The translations under genes were made by a program, and so were the position numbers. From positions 1-57,071 of IMG/VR virus record IMGVR_UViG_3300027963_000090: 57,071 nt of DNA; one strand, written 5' to 3'. Shown in pieces: positions 8,296 through 20,700 of this stretch (positions are counted from its first letter, which is position 1; each line of letters begins with the position of its first letter). This DNA is from a virus. Taxonomy: Duplodnaviria > Caudoviricetes. The notes beneath the pieces were generated by a model. It was not told where the DNA came from. It saw only the letters and a list, made by a program, of their open reading frames with translations, and ran no database searches.

Positions 8296-11200
8296 ATGTC
8301 ATCCACAGATAGATTAAACAGATTATTGCTGGCAGAGGACTGGAAAAAAGTCTATCAGAGTTTTAGAAACGCCGATTTCAAAAGCTACGATTTTGACAAT
8401 TTACGCAGATCCATGATCAACTATCTGCGACAAAACTATCCTGAAGATTTCAACGATTACTTGGAGAGCAGTGAATACTTGGCACTGATTGATCTGATTG
8501 CTTTCTTGGGGCAAAATATTGCTTTTAGAATTGATCTGAATGCCAGAGAAAACTTTATTGAATTGGCTGAACGCAGAGAATCTGTGTTGCGTCTTGCTAG
8601 ATTGCTGAGCTACAATGCCAAAAGAAATCAAGCAGCCAATGGATTATTAAAAATAGAATCAGTTACAACCACAGAAGAGATCATTGACAGCAACAATGTG
8701 AACCTCAGCAATCAAACTATCATATGGAATGATCCCAGCAATGAAGATTGGTATGAACAATTTGTTAAAGTAATGAACGCTGTGTTGCCAGTGAACACCA
8801 AAGTGGGAAGACCCAGCAAAACAGACACAGTGAATGGAATTCCTGTGGAACTATATCAATTTAATTCTAATTTACAAGAAGTACCAGTGTTTTCATTCAC
8901 AAAAAGTATTGATGGAAGAAACACAGCATTTGAAATTGTGAGTGTGGATTTGAATGATGGTACTGTGGAAGAACTAGCACCATTGCCCACAAATAAATTA
9001 GCGTTCATTTACAAAGATGACGGTAGAGGCAATGCTAGTACCAACACAGGATTCTTTTTTCATTTTAGACAAGGTGTACTGCAACAAGGAGAATTCAATG
9101 TGAATTTGTCCATTCCCAATCAAATTGTATCCATAGACGCCACAAATATTAACCAATCAGATGTTTGGTTGTATTCACTAGACACTAATCAAACAGAAAA
9201 AGAATTATGGACCAAAGTAAGCGCCACTGAAGGCAACAATGTGATCTACAACAGCACTGCCAAGTCTATTAGAAATATTTACAGTGTGATCACAAGAACT
9301 GAAGACAGAATTAATTTACAATTTGCTGACGGAACATTTGGCAATTTGCCCAAAGGTGCTTTTAGAATCTATTACAGAACCAGCGACAATAGACAATTTA
9401 AAATTGTGCCAGGAGATATGACTAATATTCAAATTGTTGTGCCTTATGTCAGCACAGCTGGTAAAGATGAAACATTGACCATTGTTCTAGCATTGCAATA
9501 CACAGTGGACAATGCCACAAATTCTGAATCGGATGCTTCTATCAAAACCAATGCACCATCCACATATTACACACAGAATAGAATGATCACTGGAGAAGAC
9601 TACAACGTGGCTCCACTGGCTGTAAATCAAGAAATTATAAAAATTAAATCAGTAAATCGAGTATCCAGCGGCATATCAAGATACTTTGATCTGTTAGATG
9701 CCACAGGCAAATACAGCAGCACTAATTTGTACGGCAAAGACGGAATAATTTACAAAGAAACCATCAACGATGGTCTTACTTTCAGTTATGTGAGCAGAAC
9801 AGACATTGAAGGCATAATCAATAATTCCATTGAACCTATTTTATCCAACACCAAATTGTTTAATTTTTATTTGAATAATTTTAACAAAATATTAATCACA
9901 GATATTGTGATAACTTGGATTCAAACAACTAAAGACACTAATTTAAGCACAGGATATTTGACAGATCCAGAAGACAATGTGTTAGAAGTGAGTTCTTTTA
10001 CAGATAGCATATTAAGATATTTGGAAATAGGTGCTAAATTAAAATTTGAAGCACCGGCTGGAAAATATTTCACAGTGGATGGAAAACTATTGTCAGGATC
10101 TCCTGTAGAGATTGGTGACAGCACAGTGAGATGGACCACAGTGATCAATGTGATTGATAATGGCACAGTGACTCAGGCTGATGATTCAGGACCTATCATA
10201 TTCAATGATGTGATACCCACAGGTGCTGTGCTGGTTGAAATTTTAGCTAAATTTACCAAATATTTGACAGCAGATGTTAAACTTCAAATGTTGGATGAAA
10301 TATTTGCCAACAATACTTTTGGTTTAAGATATAATGTGGATACTAGAACCTGGGATATCATTGATGAAAACAATCTAAATCTTTACGGTGATTTCAGCAC
10401 TGGTAAAACAGGTGACATCAGCAATCAACAATTGGATGCCAGCTGGTTATTATTGTTTACCACAGATACAGAGCTGTACACAGTGACTTACAGAGGTGTA
10501 AGATATGTGTTTGAGAGTGACAAAGAAATTCGTTTTTACTATGACAGCACAGATAAAAATTACAACACAACCAGCGGTAAAGTGATCAAAGACAAGATCA
10601 CAGTGTTAAGCATCAATAATGCTCCAGATTCATTTGAAGCATTAAAACAAGACATTGCTTGGCAAGTAGTGGCAGAATATCGTGATGCTCAAGGATATGT
10701 AGATAGTAAAAAAATTGAAATAACTTTCTTTGATTCAGATGATGATGGGTTAATGGATGATCCTGAATCATTTGATAATTTAATTCCCGCAAACAATTAC
10801 ATCTATCAAAAGAAAATAATCACCACAGATGGTGTGGAAGACTATCGTTATGTGAATGCTGTGGATGAAAATATTGTGGCTGTACAAAATGTGGCTTCTA
10901 TAGGTTCTTATCATGATTACACTGAAAATACTAATTTTTATATCACGGAAGACAATGTGTTTAAAACTTTAAATGTTGCCACAACCACATTAAGCGATAA
11001 TTCAGATTACAAAGCCTTCACAGGTAGAAGTGACTTAAAATTTCAATATGTACACAGCACAGATGTAACCAATAGAATCGATCCTAGCGTAACTAACATA
11101 ATTGACATATATCTATTAACTAGAACTTATGACAGTGATTTTAGATCTTATCTAGATGGAAATGTTGATTCTAAACCATTACCAATGAGTTCAGACAGCA

Positions 11201-11721
11201 TGTATAATAATTTTGGCAAACAGATTAATCTAATCAAATCTATCAGTGATGAAGTGATATATCATCCAGTCAAATACAAAATATTATTTGGAAACAAATC
11301 TGAATCTAAATTCCAAGCAGTGTTTAAAGTGGTTAAAAATTCCAGTGAAGTGGTCAATGATGATGATGTAAAAGTTAGAGTTATTGAAGCCATCAACGAA
11401 TATTTTGCTTTGGAAAATTGGGATTTTGGTGATATATTTTATTTTTCAGAATTAAGTGCTTACGTTATGAATCAGTTGGCACCCGACATAGTAACTTTTG
11501 TAATAGTGCCAGACCAAGCCACACAGACGTTTGGCAGTTTGTTTGAAATCAAATCTGAAAGTGATGAAATTTTTATAAGTGGCGCAACGGTTGACGACGT
11601 TGAAATAATTGATGCTGTAACGGCTTCAAGATTAAAAGCCAGTGGCACTGTGGTTTCATCCACATCCACTAGCAACGTAGGTATAACCAGTACTGCCACT
11701 TCTAGTGGGAGTACAGTTTAA
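8296..11721 (+). CDS. gp6: gp6-like baseplate wedge subunit
   Basis: DFDNLRRSMINYL...FNDYLESS..LALIDLIA...ARENF.ELAERRESVLRLA; FADGTFG..P; TQNRMITGEDY; C-terminal WDFG..FYFSEL. Confidence 0.85.
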   Translation: MSSTDRLNRLLLAEDWKKVYQSFRNADFKSYDFDNLRRSMINYLRQNYPEDFNDYLESSEYLALIDLIAFLGQNIAFRIDLNARENFIELAERRESVLRLARLLSYNAKRNQAANGLLKIESVTTTEEIIDSNNVNLSNQTIIWNDPSNEDWYEQFVKVMNAVLPVNTKVGRPSKTDTVNGIPVELYQFNSNLQEVPVFSFTKSIDGRNTAFEIVSVDLNDGTVEELAPLPTNKLAFIYKDDGRGNASTNTGFFFHFRQGVLQQGEFNVNLSIPNQIVSIDATNINQSDVWLYSLDTNQTEKELWTKVSATEGNNVIYNSTAKSIRNIYSVITRTEDRINLQFADGTFGNLPKGAFRIYYRTSDNRQFKIVPGDMTNIQIVVPYVSTAGKDETLTIVLALQYTVDNATNSESDASIKTNAPSTYYTQNRMITGEDYNVAPLAVNQEIIKIKSVNRVSSGISRYFDLLDATGKYSSTNLYGKDGIIYKETINDGLTFSYVSRTDIEGIINNSIEPILSNTKLFNFYLNNFNKILITDIVITWIQTTKDTNLSTGYLTDPEDNVLEVSSFTDSILRYLEIGAKLKFEAPAGKYFTVDGKLLSGSPVEIGDSTVRWTTVINVIDNGTVTQADDSGPIIFNDVIPTGAVLVEILAKFTKYLTADVKLQMLDEIFANNTFGLRYNVDTRTWDIIDENNLNLYGDFSTGKTGDISNQQLDASWLLLFTTDTELYTVTYRGVRYVFESDKEIRFYYDSTDKNYNTTSGKVIKDKITVLSINNAPDSFEALKQDIAWQVVAEYRDAQGYVDSKKIEITFFDSDDDGLMDDPESFDNLIPANNYIYQKKIITTDGVEDYRYVNAVDENIVAVQNVASIGSYHDYTENTNFYITEDNVFKTLNVATTTLSDNSDYKAFTGRSDLKFQYVHSTDVTNRIDPSVTNIIDIYLLTRTYDSDFRSYLDGNVDSKPLPMSSDSMYNNFGKQINLIKSISDEVIYHPVKYKILFGNKSESKFQAVFKVVKNSSEVVNDDDVKVRVIEAINEYFALENWDFGDIFYFSELSAYVMNQLAPDIVTFVIVPDQATQTFGSLFEIKSESDEIFISGATVDDVEIIDAVTASRLKASGTVVSSTSTSNVGITSTATSSGSTV

Positions 11722-14700
11722 TGGCATACAATAACGATCAAGAAGAATTTCCACTTCCAGTAAACAATCAAACAGAGACAGAAAGAAACTCTGCTAATCT
11801 ACTACCTCGATTTTTTAGAACTCCCACAAATAAAAAGTTTTTATACAGCACATTGGATCAGTTATTATCTCCAGGCACTGTGGAAAAAATTAGTGCGTTC
11901 TATGGTAGAAAAACTGCCAAAGCATTCACACTTGATGACAATTATATAGAAGAAGTGACTGATGATAGACAAAACTATCAATTGGAACCTGTGGTATTGA
12001 GCAAAGACGCATTAGGCAATGTCTCTTTTTACAAAGATTACGTGGACTATGTTAATCAAATCAAAACATTGGGTGGCAACACAGACAACCACAGCAGTTT
12101 GAATGCTCAAGAATATTACAGTTGGAATCCACACATTGATTGGGACAAGTTTGTTAATTTTAGAGAATACTATTGGTTGCCACAAGGCCCAGAGACTGTC
12201 ACAATCACAGGTCAACAACAACAATTACAAAGCACTTACACAGTGAGATTGGCTGATAATTTGGACAATTATGCTTATGTATTAACTCCAGATGGACAGA
12301 CACAAAACGCCACCATTACTTTGTACAAAGGAATCACTTATAAGTTTGATATAGATACTGCAGGAATGCCTTTCACAATCAAGACAGCCAGAACATTGGA
12401 TGAAGATTTTCTTTACAATGAAGGAGTGGATCAACAATCCATAGAAAAAGGCACTATCACATTTGAAGTGGGCATAAACGCACCTGACACTTTATATTAT
12501 GTGTCTAAAAATGATATCAATGCTTATGGATTGATTAAAATTGCCAGTATTGAAGAAAATAGTATTATAAATGTTGAAAAAGACATTGTTGGCAAAAAAA
12601 CATTCACATTAAAAAATGGCACAGCATTATCCAATGGAATGAAGATTAATTTTAAAGGATTGGTCACTCCAGAAAAATATGCCACAGATGAATGGTATGT
12701 GGAAGGTGTGGGAGAAGCCATAGTATTGATCAAAGAACAAGATTTACAAGTGCCCAATGACATTGCTGATGAAAATTTAGAAGGATTTGACGCAGAAAAC
12801 TTTGATAAGGTCACTTATGAAATTGATGATCCTAACAGAGATATCAAAGATTATATTGTCATCAAAAGAAGTTCACCAGATCAAAACCCTTGGACCAGAG
12901 CCAACAAATGGATACACAAATCTGTGCTTCAAATAGTGGCTGACTACAATGGAACCACATTGGACACCGATGAAACACAAAGAGCCAAGCGTCCTATCAT
13001 AGAATTTGAATCAGGATTAAAATTATACAAATTTGGAACTCAAGCCAAACCATATGTGGATGTGGTAGATACATTTACCACAGATGTTTTTTCTGATATA
13101 GAAGGTGCCACAGGATATAATGTGGATGGTATAGATTTAGTGAATGGTATGAGAATATTAATCACTGCTGACACTGATGTTCTAGTTAAGAATAGAATAT
13201 TCACAGTAAAAATTATTAATTTTGGTGGTGATGGAGATCCTACCAACAAACAAATTTCTTTAGTGGACACAGATGACACTCAACCCATGACAGGTGATGT
13301 GGTATTAGTTGACAGCGGAGTAGAAAATCAAGGCAAAATGTACTACTATGATGGAACCGCGTGGAATGTGACTCAAGAAAAAACAAAAGTCAATCAATCA
13401 CCATTGTTTGATTTGTTTGATGAAAATGGAATTAGTTTTAGTGATGGTGAAACTTATCTTAGCACTAATTTTTTAGGCAATAAACTTTTCAGTTACAGAA
13501 AAGGCACAGGCACTGTGGACACAGAATTAGGATTTGCTCTTTCTTATAGAAACGTTAACAATGTGGGTGATATTGTGTTTGATTTTAATCTATTATCTGA
13601 ATCTTTCACATATCAATTACAGGATCAATTGGTAACTCAAAATACTGATGTGGGTTATTTAAAAAAGTACACAGATAGAACCACGAATACCACAGTTACT
13701 GGATGGATCAAAGCACAAGCTCTTAGCAAACAGTTGGTAGTGAGACAATACACAGGCTTGGAACAAGTCAACAGATTTGCTGTGGATGTGTATGATCAAA
13801 GCGGAACTCTTACAGATTTAAAATTAAAAGTTTATGTAAACAATGTATTAAAAAAAGAAACAACGGATTATACCGTTGTTAACAGCAACAATGTATCATA
13901 TGTTCAGTTGAACAGTGCGTTGTCCACCACAGATTCAATTGTTATTAAATCACACAGCTCTGCTGTGAAAAATGCCAATGGTTATTATGAAATGGCCATA
14001 AATTTAGAAAGTAATCCTTTCAATGACAACCTTAATGATTTTACATTTGGAGAAGTTTCCAATCATGTGGGAAGCATTGTGGAACAATTGGATAATTTTG
14101 TTGGATTCAATCCTGGCACAAATAATTTAAGAGATTTGGGACAATTGTCCACATACGGTACAAAATTTGTACAACACAGTGCTCCATTAAATTTAGCAGT
14201 ATACCATGTGTCACAGAAAGAAGTAAATGTGGTTAAAGCCATAAAATTTGCTCAAAAAGAATACGACAAATTTAAAAAAACATTCTTACAAACAGCAGAA
14301 AATTCTAATTTTGATGGATCTGTGCGTGAACATATGGATCATGTGATGAAATTAATCAATGAAGACAAGAACAGCAATATGCCGTTCTACTTCAGTGACA
14401 TGGTGCCTCACGGAGCAGCCAAACGCAACACATTCACTGTGTATGATGACAGCAACAAATATTTTGCTTTGAGCAAAGCATTCTCAATGAGTGTGCTTAG
14501 TACCAAAGCGGTTCAAGTTTATCTCAATGATGAACAATTAATACATGGCATTGATTACATATTCACCACAGAAAATTTCTGTTATATTACCAAAGCATTG
14601 ACTGTGAATGACACAGTGGAAATATTTGAATATGAAAGCACTGATGGTAATTTTATACCACAAACTCCTACCAAACTAGGATTGTATCCAAAATTTAAAC

Positions 14701-17700
14701 CAGAAAAATATTTGGATAATACATTAATAACTCCTGTGAATGTGATACAAGGACATGATGGCAGTATTATTGTGGCGTTTAATGATTATAGAGATGATTT
14801 ATTATTAGAATTAGAAAATAGAATTTACAATAACATTAAAATTGAATTCAATAAAGATTTGCGTAATTTGTATGATTTTATTCCAGGTGTGGATAGAAAC
14901 ACAGGATACACTTTAGCAAGCATTAATTCCAGTATGTCTGCTGATTTTATCACATGGAACAGTGCTGTGGGCACTTTAGATTACACTGAGAATTATTTTT
15001 ATGACATTGCAGATAGTTTCACTTATAACTATGCCTACATGACTGCTTATAATGGATCAAGTTTACCAGGTTTTTGGAGAGCAGTGTACAAACAAGCCTA
15101 TGACACAGATAGACCACACACTCATCCTTGGGAGATGTTGGGATTTACTGAACACCCCATTTGGTGGAACACAGTGTATGGTCCAGCACCTTACACCAGT
15201 GACAACTTAATTCTTTGGGAAGATCTTCAGAATGGTGTGATCCGAGAACCAGGTAAAAAATTAGTTTATGACAGCAGATATGTGCGAACAAATCTATTAA
15301 ATCATTTGCCTGTGGATGAAAATGGAGAATTATTGAGTCCGTTGGACAGTGGATATGCTGGAAACTACACAGTTAGTTTGAGCAATAGTGCATTTAAATT
15401 TGGAGATCATGCTCCAGTGGAAAATGCTTGGAGACGCAGTTCTAACTATCCATTTGCTCTGTTAAAATCCATGATATTAAACAGAACAGCACACACTGTG
15501 GCTGTGAACTTTGATGCTTCAAGAGTGGTAAGAAGTGTCACAGATGAAATAATTTACAGCACCACTAAAAAAAGAATCTCACTTAAAGATTTAGTATTCC
15601 CCAACAGTAGAGCAGATGAAAATTATGTGTTGACTTCAGGATTGGTAAATTACATCAGCAACTATATCAAAACAGATGTGCTGAACAATTATGCAAATTA
15701 TCAGGATTCATTAAAAAATTTAACTCAAAATTTGGGATTCAAAGTTAAAGGATTCACTGAAAAAGAAAAATTTAAATTATTATTGGACAGCAGATCTCCG
15801 TTGAATCAAAGCAATGTATTCATACCAGATGAAAACTATGATATCTATTTAAACACCAGTTCACCCATTGATGTATTAGTATACAGTGGAGTAATTGTTG
15901 AAAAATTACCATCAGGATTCTCCATCAAAGGATATGATCAATTTGATCCAATATTTAAATACTTTGCTCCTATAAAATTACAGAATGATCCAGTGAAAAG
16001 AGTGGGCGGAGTCAGCAAATCTTATGTTCAATGGACTTCAAATCATGTATACACAGCAGGACAAATAGTTCAATATCAAAATAAATTTTATATAGTTGAT
16101 AGAGATCATTTGAGTGCTTCTAAATTTGATTCCACAAAATATACCAAACTGGTGGACTTGCCTATAGAAGGTGGAGTCACTGCCACTTTTAGCAGACAAT
16201 TTGAAAACAAAATCAGCACTTTAAATTATGGCACAGTGCTGCGTACTCAACAAGAAGTGGTGGATTTTTTACTGGGTTACAGCAAATATCTTGAATCCAA
16301 AGGATTTATTTTTGAAAATTTCAATCAAGATATCAATGTTGTTGAAAATTGGAGTTTGAGTGCTCAAGAATTCATGTTCTGGACCACACAGAATTGGAAA
16401 GCTGGAGCAGTGTTGTCATTAAGTCCTGCAGCCAATAAATTAAAATTACAAACCAATTATTCAGTGGCTGACAATATATTTGATAATTTTTATGATTATG
16501 CTGTGCTTAGAGCTGACGGAATTAAACTTAATAGAGAAAAAATAAGTGTTGTGCGTCAAGGCAATAATTTTTCTATGAGTGTTAAAAACACTTCAGATGG
16601 AATTTATTTTGTAAAAATTCCATTGGTACAAAAAGAACATGTGGTGGTTATTGATAATGTCACAGTGTTCAATGATGTAATTTATGATCTAGCACCAGGA
16701 TACAGACAAGATAGAATCAAAGTGATAGGTTATGTGGCCAGCAATTGGGATGGATCTCTTAATGTGCCAGGATTTGTGTTTGATGAAGTAAAAATAAAAC
16801 AATGGCAACCATACACAGATTATGACATGAGTGATGTGGTCAAATACAAACAATTTTATTACAGTGCCAATTCATTCATAACAGGTGATAGCACATTTAT
16901 GTTCGATGAATGGTCTAAACTTTCAGAAAAACCATTGTCTTCATTAAAACCAAACTTTGAATACAAAACCAATCAGTTTGGTGATTTTTATGATTTAGAC
17001 ACAGATAATTTTGATGTGGAACAACAAAAACTTGCTCAACATTTGATAGGTTATCAAAAGAGAGAGTACTTGCAAAACATTATCAATGATGATGTGTCAC
17101 AGTACAAATTCTACCAAGGATTTTTACAAGACAAAGGAACTAAAAATGCTTTGGAAAAATTATTCAATTCATTGGCCAGTGCCAACAAAGACAGCATTGA
17201 ATTCTATGAAGAATGGGCTGTTAGAACAGGTCAATATGGTGCTGCCACAGGATTCAATGAAGTGGAATACTTGTTGTCAGAAAAAAAATTTAAATTAAAT
17301 CCACAACCAATAGAATTAACAGATTCAATTTCTTTTGAATCTCCCAACTTTGTTTACAAAATTAAATCAAACGAAACATATTTGGCTCCGGAAGATTATG
17401 ATCATGCACCGTTCCCAACCAAGTATTTTGATGAAAGTTATGTGAAAACTGCTGGATTTGTGGATCCCAATGATGTGAATTTTACTGTTAAAAATTATGA
17501 AAACATATTGGCTTTGGACACTGCTGAGTTAGCATACAATCAATATGTTTGGGTGGGATTTGAAAAACAAAGTTGGAATGTGTACAAACACAAACAATTG
17601 TCAGATCAGGTTTCATCTGTGAGTGAAAGCAACAATCAAGTGATAGTTGAACTGGTGTCCAACACTTCTAACATACAAGTGAATGAAACTATATCAGTGA

Positions 17701-20700
17701 CTTTGAATGGAACTGTTCAATTGTTCAAAGTAAAAACTGTGGCAGGCACCACCATTACTTGTTACAAGAATGGCACAACCAATCTTGGCAACAATGGAAC
17801 ATTGGGCAGATTCATCAGCATGAAATTGACCACATTATCTGAAATCAATCAAAAAATTATAGACAACGGTAAATCTGTGGGAGAATTATTGTGGATTGAA
17901 AACGATAGCAATGATCGTTGGGTTACTTTAAAAAATGTTCCTGTATGGCAAACTCATCAAGAGATAGTGAATCCAGCAGATGATTCATCAGGAGATTTTT
18001 CTAGATCCATAGCAGTGAACTTAACCAACACCACATTGGCTGTGGCAGATTTAAACAATGCTGTGTACATTTACAAAAGAGCTTCTAATTCTAATCAATA
18101 TACTTTAAGTCAAAAAATTGATGCACCAACAGGATTATGGACTGGCAATGGAGATTTTGGAGCCAGCATGGATATCAGTGCTGATGGCAAGTATCTAATA
18201 GTGGGTGCTCCAGCAGCCAGCAATTTAAAAACCAATTATGTGGGCGACTATGTTGAATCTTCATCGTATGATATCAATAACGTAGTGCGACACAGTGAAC
18301 AATTATGGAGAGTAGTCAATCCAATATTGGGTGAAGATCCTTCTGTGGATTTCACCACTTTTGATAGTGCTGCTTTTGTGTATGATGCCGAATACAATTT
18401 ACCAGATAATTTGTATCCAGATATAAAAATATTCTTGAGAGGTGATTATGTTTTTCCAGCAGTAACCACAAACCACATGTTGATCAGAGCTTCTGCAAAT
18501 CAATACAGAGGATCAGCAGTGGGAGACAAATTACAATTGATTTGGAATGATTTAACCACTCAATATCCCACAGGCAATGATCCTTTTGATGGCAATGCTC
18601 CAGGCATTGACAAAACATTCATTGATAGCAATCATGTGATTCAACACAAAGTGGATGAAATACTTAATATTGATTTGACAATTATTGCTGTGACCGTGGG
18701 AGATGTTGTGGAAACCAACACAGCTGAAGGAACTGTGTGTTATGTGCGTAAAGAAGGCACACGATCATTGATCTATTTGTCTAATATGAATGGTAAATTT
18801 GATGATTCAGGATCTTTAACTGTGGGAATATTAACTGTGGGTGATTACAACAGAGTGATTGCTGAAGATTATGACAGTTTGGGAGGTTGGTGGTACATAA
18901 ATTTAGGATTCACTTTGACTTCTACGGAATTAAGTGATTCAAAAAAATCTTTGGTAATCCAAGACATAATCAAAGCAGCTGAATCTAGAACAGTTAAAAA
19001 TTATTACAACATATTAGATACTCAAGCCACTCAAGCCATAGTATCACCCACAGCACCCACTGCTGCTTCTGAGATTTCTATTTTAAGTTACTACAAACAA
19101 TTTAGTATTGCAGGTCAACCAGTGGTATCAGGCGTTCAAAATGACAATAGATATTTGATAAGGACACCTAAAACATTGAGTAATCAATTCACTATGCCTT
19201 ATGTTTCGGACAGCAAAAAAACAGGTGTATGGTTGAACACTATTAGAACTGGAGATCCATTGGATCGATATGACATCAGTGACATATCACAAGATTTAAC
19301 TTTTGAAGAAATAAACTCTTTTGGCACAGGCGATTCTTCTTTCCCAACTAAAAAAATCAATGATATATGGAATGGATGGATTCAAGTATTAGCACAAGCA
19401 GACGGATTGGGTACATTTTATGTGCCTCAATTGGGCAATACCATAGAAGATTCTGTGACTGGATCACAGGCAGAAGTTGCTTATGTTAAAACTATTGGAT
19501 TTAATACTTTACAAATTTATATCAAAAATAAAACTGGAGATTTTTCATTAGGTTCCACACTGGGTGACACAGCTGATATCATTTTAAAAGGCATTCCTGA
19601 TAGAACTGTGGGAGTATCACGAAGAAGTGAATTGGAAAATTCAGTCACAGGCAGTTTGTTTGTGTTTGAAGCAGCCAGTCTTTTAGAACCACAAAACAAT
19701 ACTTCTACATACAATTATGTGAATGGGTTGGAATATTGGTTCTGGGATGAAGACAAGCAAGACGGTGTTGCTAGATCCGCCAGCATACCTTCTGAAGAAA
19801 ATAGAGATTATGTGCAAGTGTTTAACATACCTGTGGGTTCAGGAGCAGCATCTGCCTACACCAATGAAGGAGCATTTTTAGTGTATGAAAGAGCTGTGAA
19901 TGGCACTTATAGTTTATACAGTGCTTACAGTACACCTGACACAACAACTGATGCCAAACTGGGTACTAAAATAAAAATCACTCAAAACGGCAATGAAACC
20001 ACTGCATTTGTTTCTGATGAGTTCGGTGGCTCAGGAAGAATTTATTTCATAAAAAATAATTCCAGTCAAAAATGGCATTTGGGGGTGGATCCTCAATACA
20101 CAGGAACATTTGATGCTTTACAAAGATATTACACAGATGATTTAGTGATATACAATGAACAAGTGTACAAAAGCACAACCAATCAAGGACCTTCAGCATT
20201 TGATCCGGATTTTTGGATTTTACAAACTAATGATGTGGAATATTTAGGTCATGTGCCCAATGACAGTGGTATAACATTGGATGGTGATTCCAGTCTTGAT
20301 TTAATTAATATTTCAAAATTTGCCACAGACTTTGATGTGAGCAGCTCTGGTGGAGTGTTGGTTGCTTCTGTGAATTATACATCACCTAACAGAAACAAAG
20401 TAGTAATATACAAATTGTATGATGGAAGATATCAATACAGACAGACTATTTCACCTCCAGATGTTTCAGAAGACAACACAGAGTATGCTGTTTCAGTGGC
20501 TGTGAGCAGCGATGGTAAATTTATTGCTGTGGGCAGTCCAGCTGCTGATACAGATTACTCAGACATGGGGGTGGTATATGTGTATCAATTAGTGAATGGA
20601 TCATATGTATTGAGTCAAACATTGAGCAGTCCACAACCTCAAACCAATGAACAGTTTGGAAAAAATTTAGATTTTGATGGCAATACTTTGGTTGTGTCCA

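Noticed and set aside
18220-19860. Intein in the giant protein
   Set aside because: No Cys/Ser-start and His-Asn-end splice motifs or LAGLIDADG blocks seen
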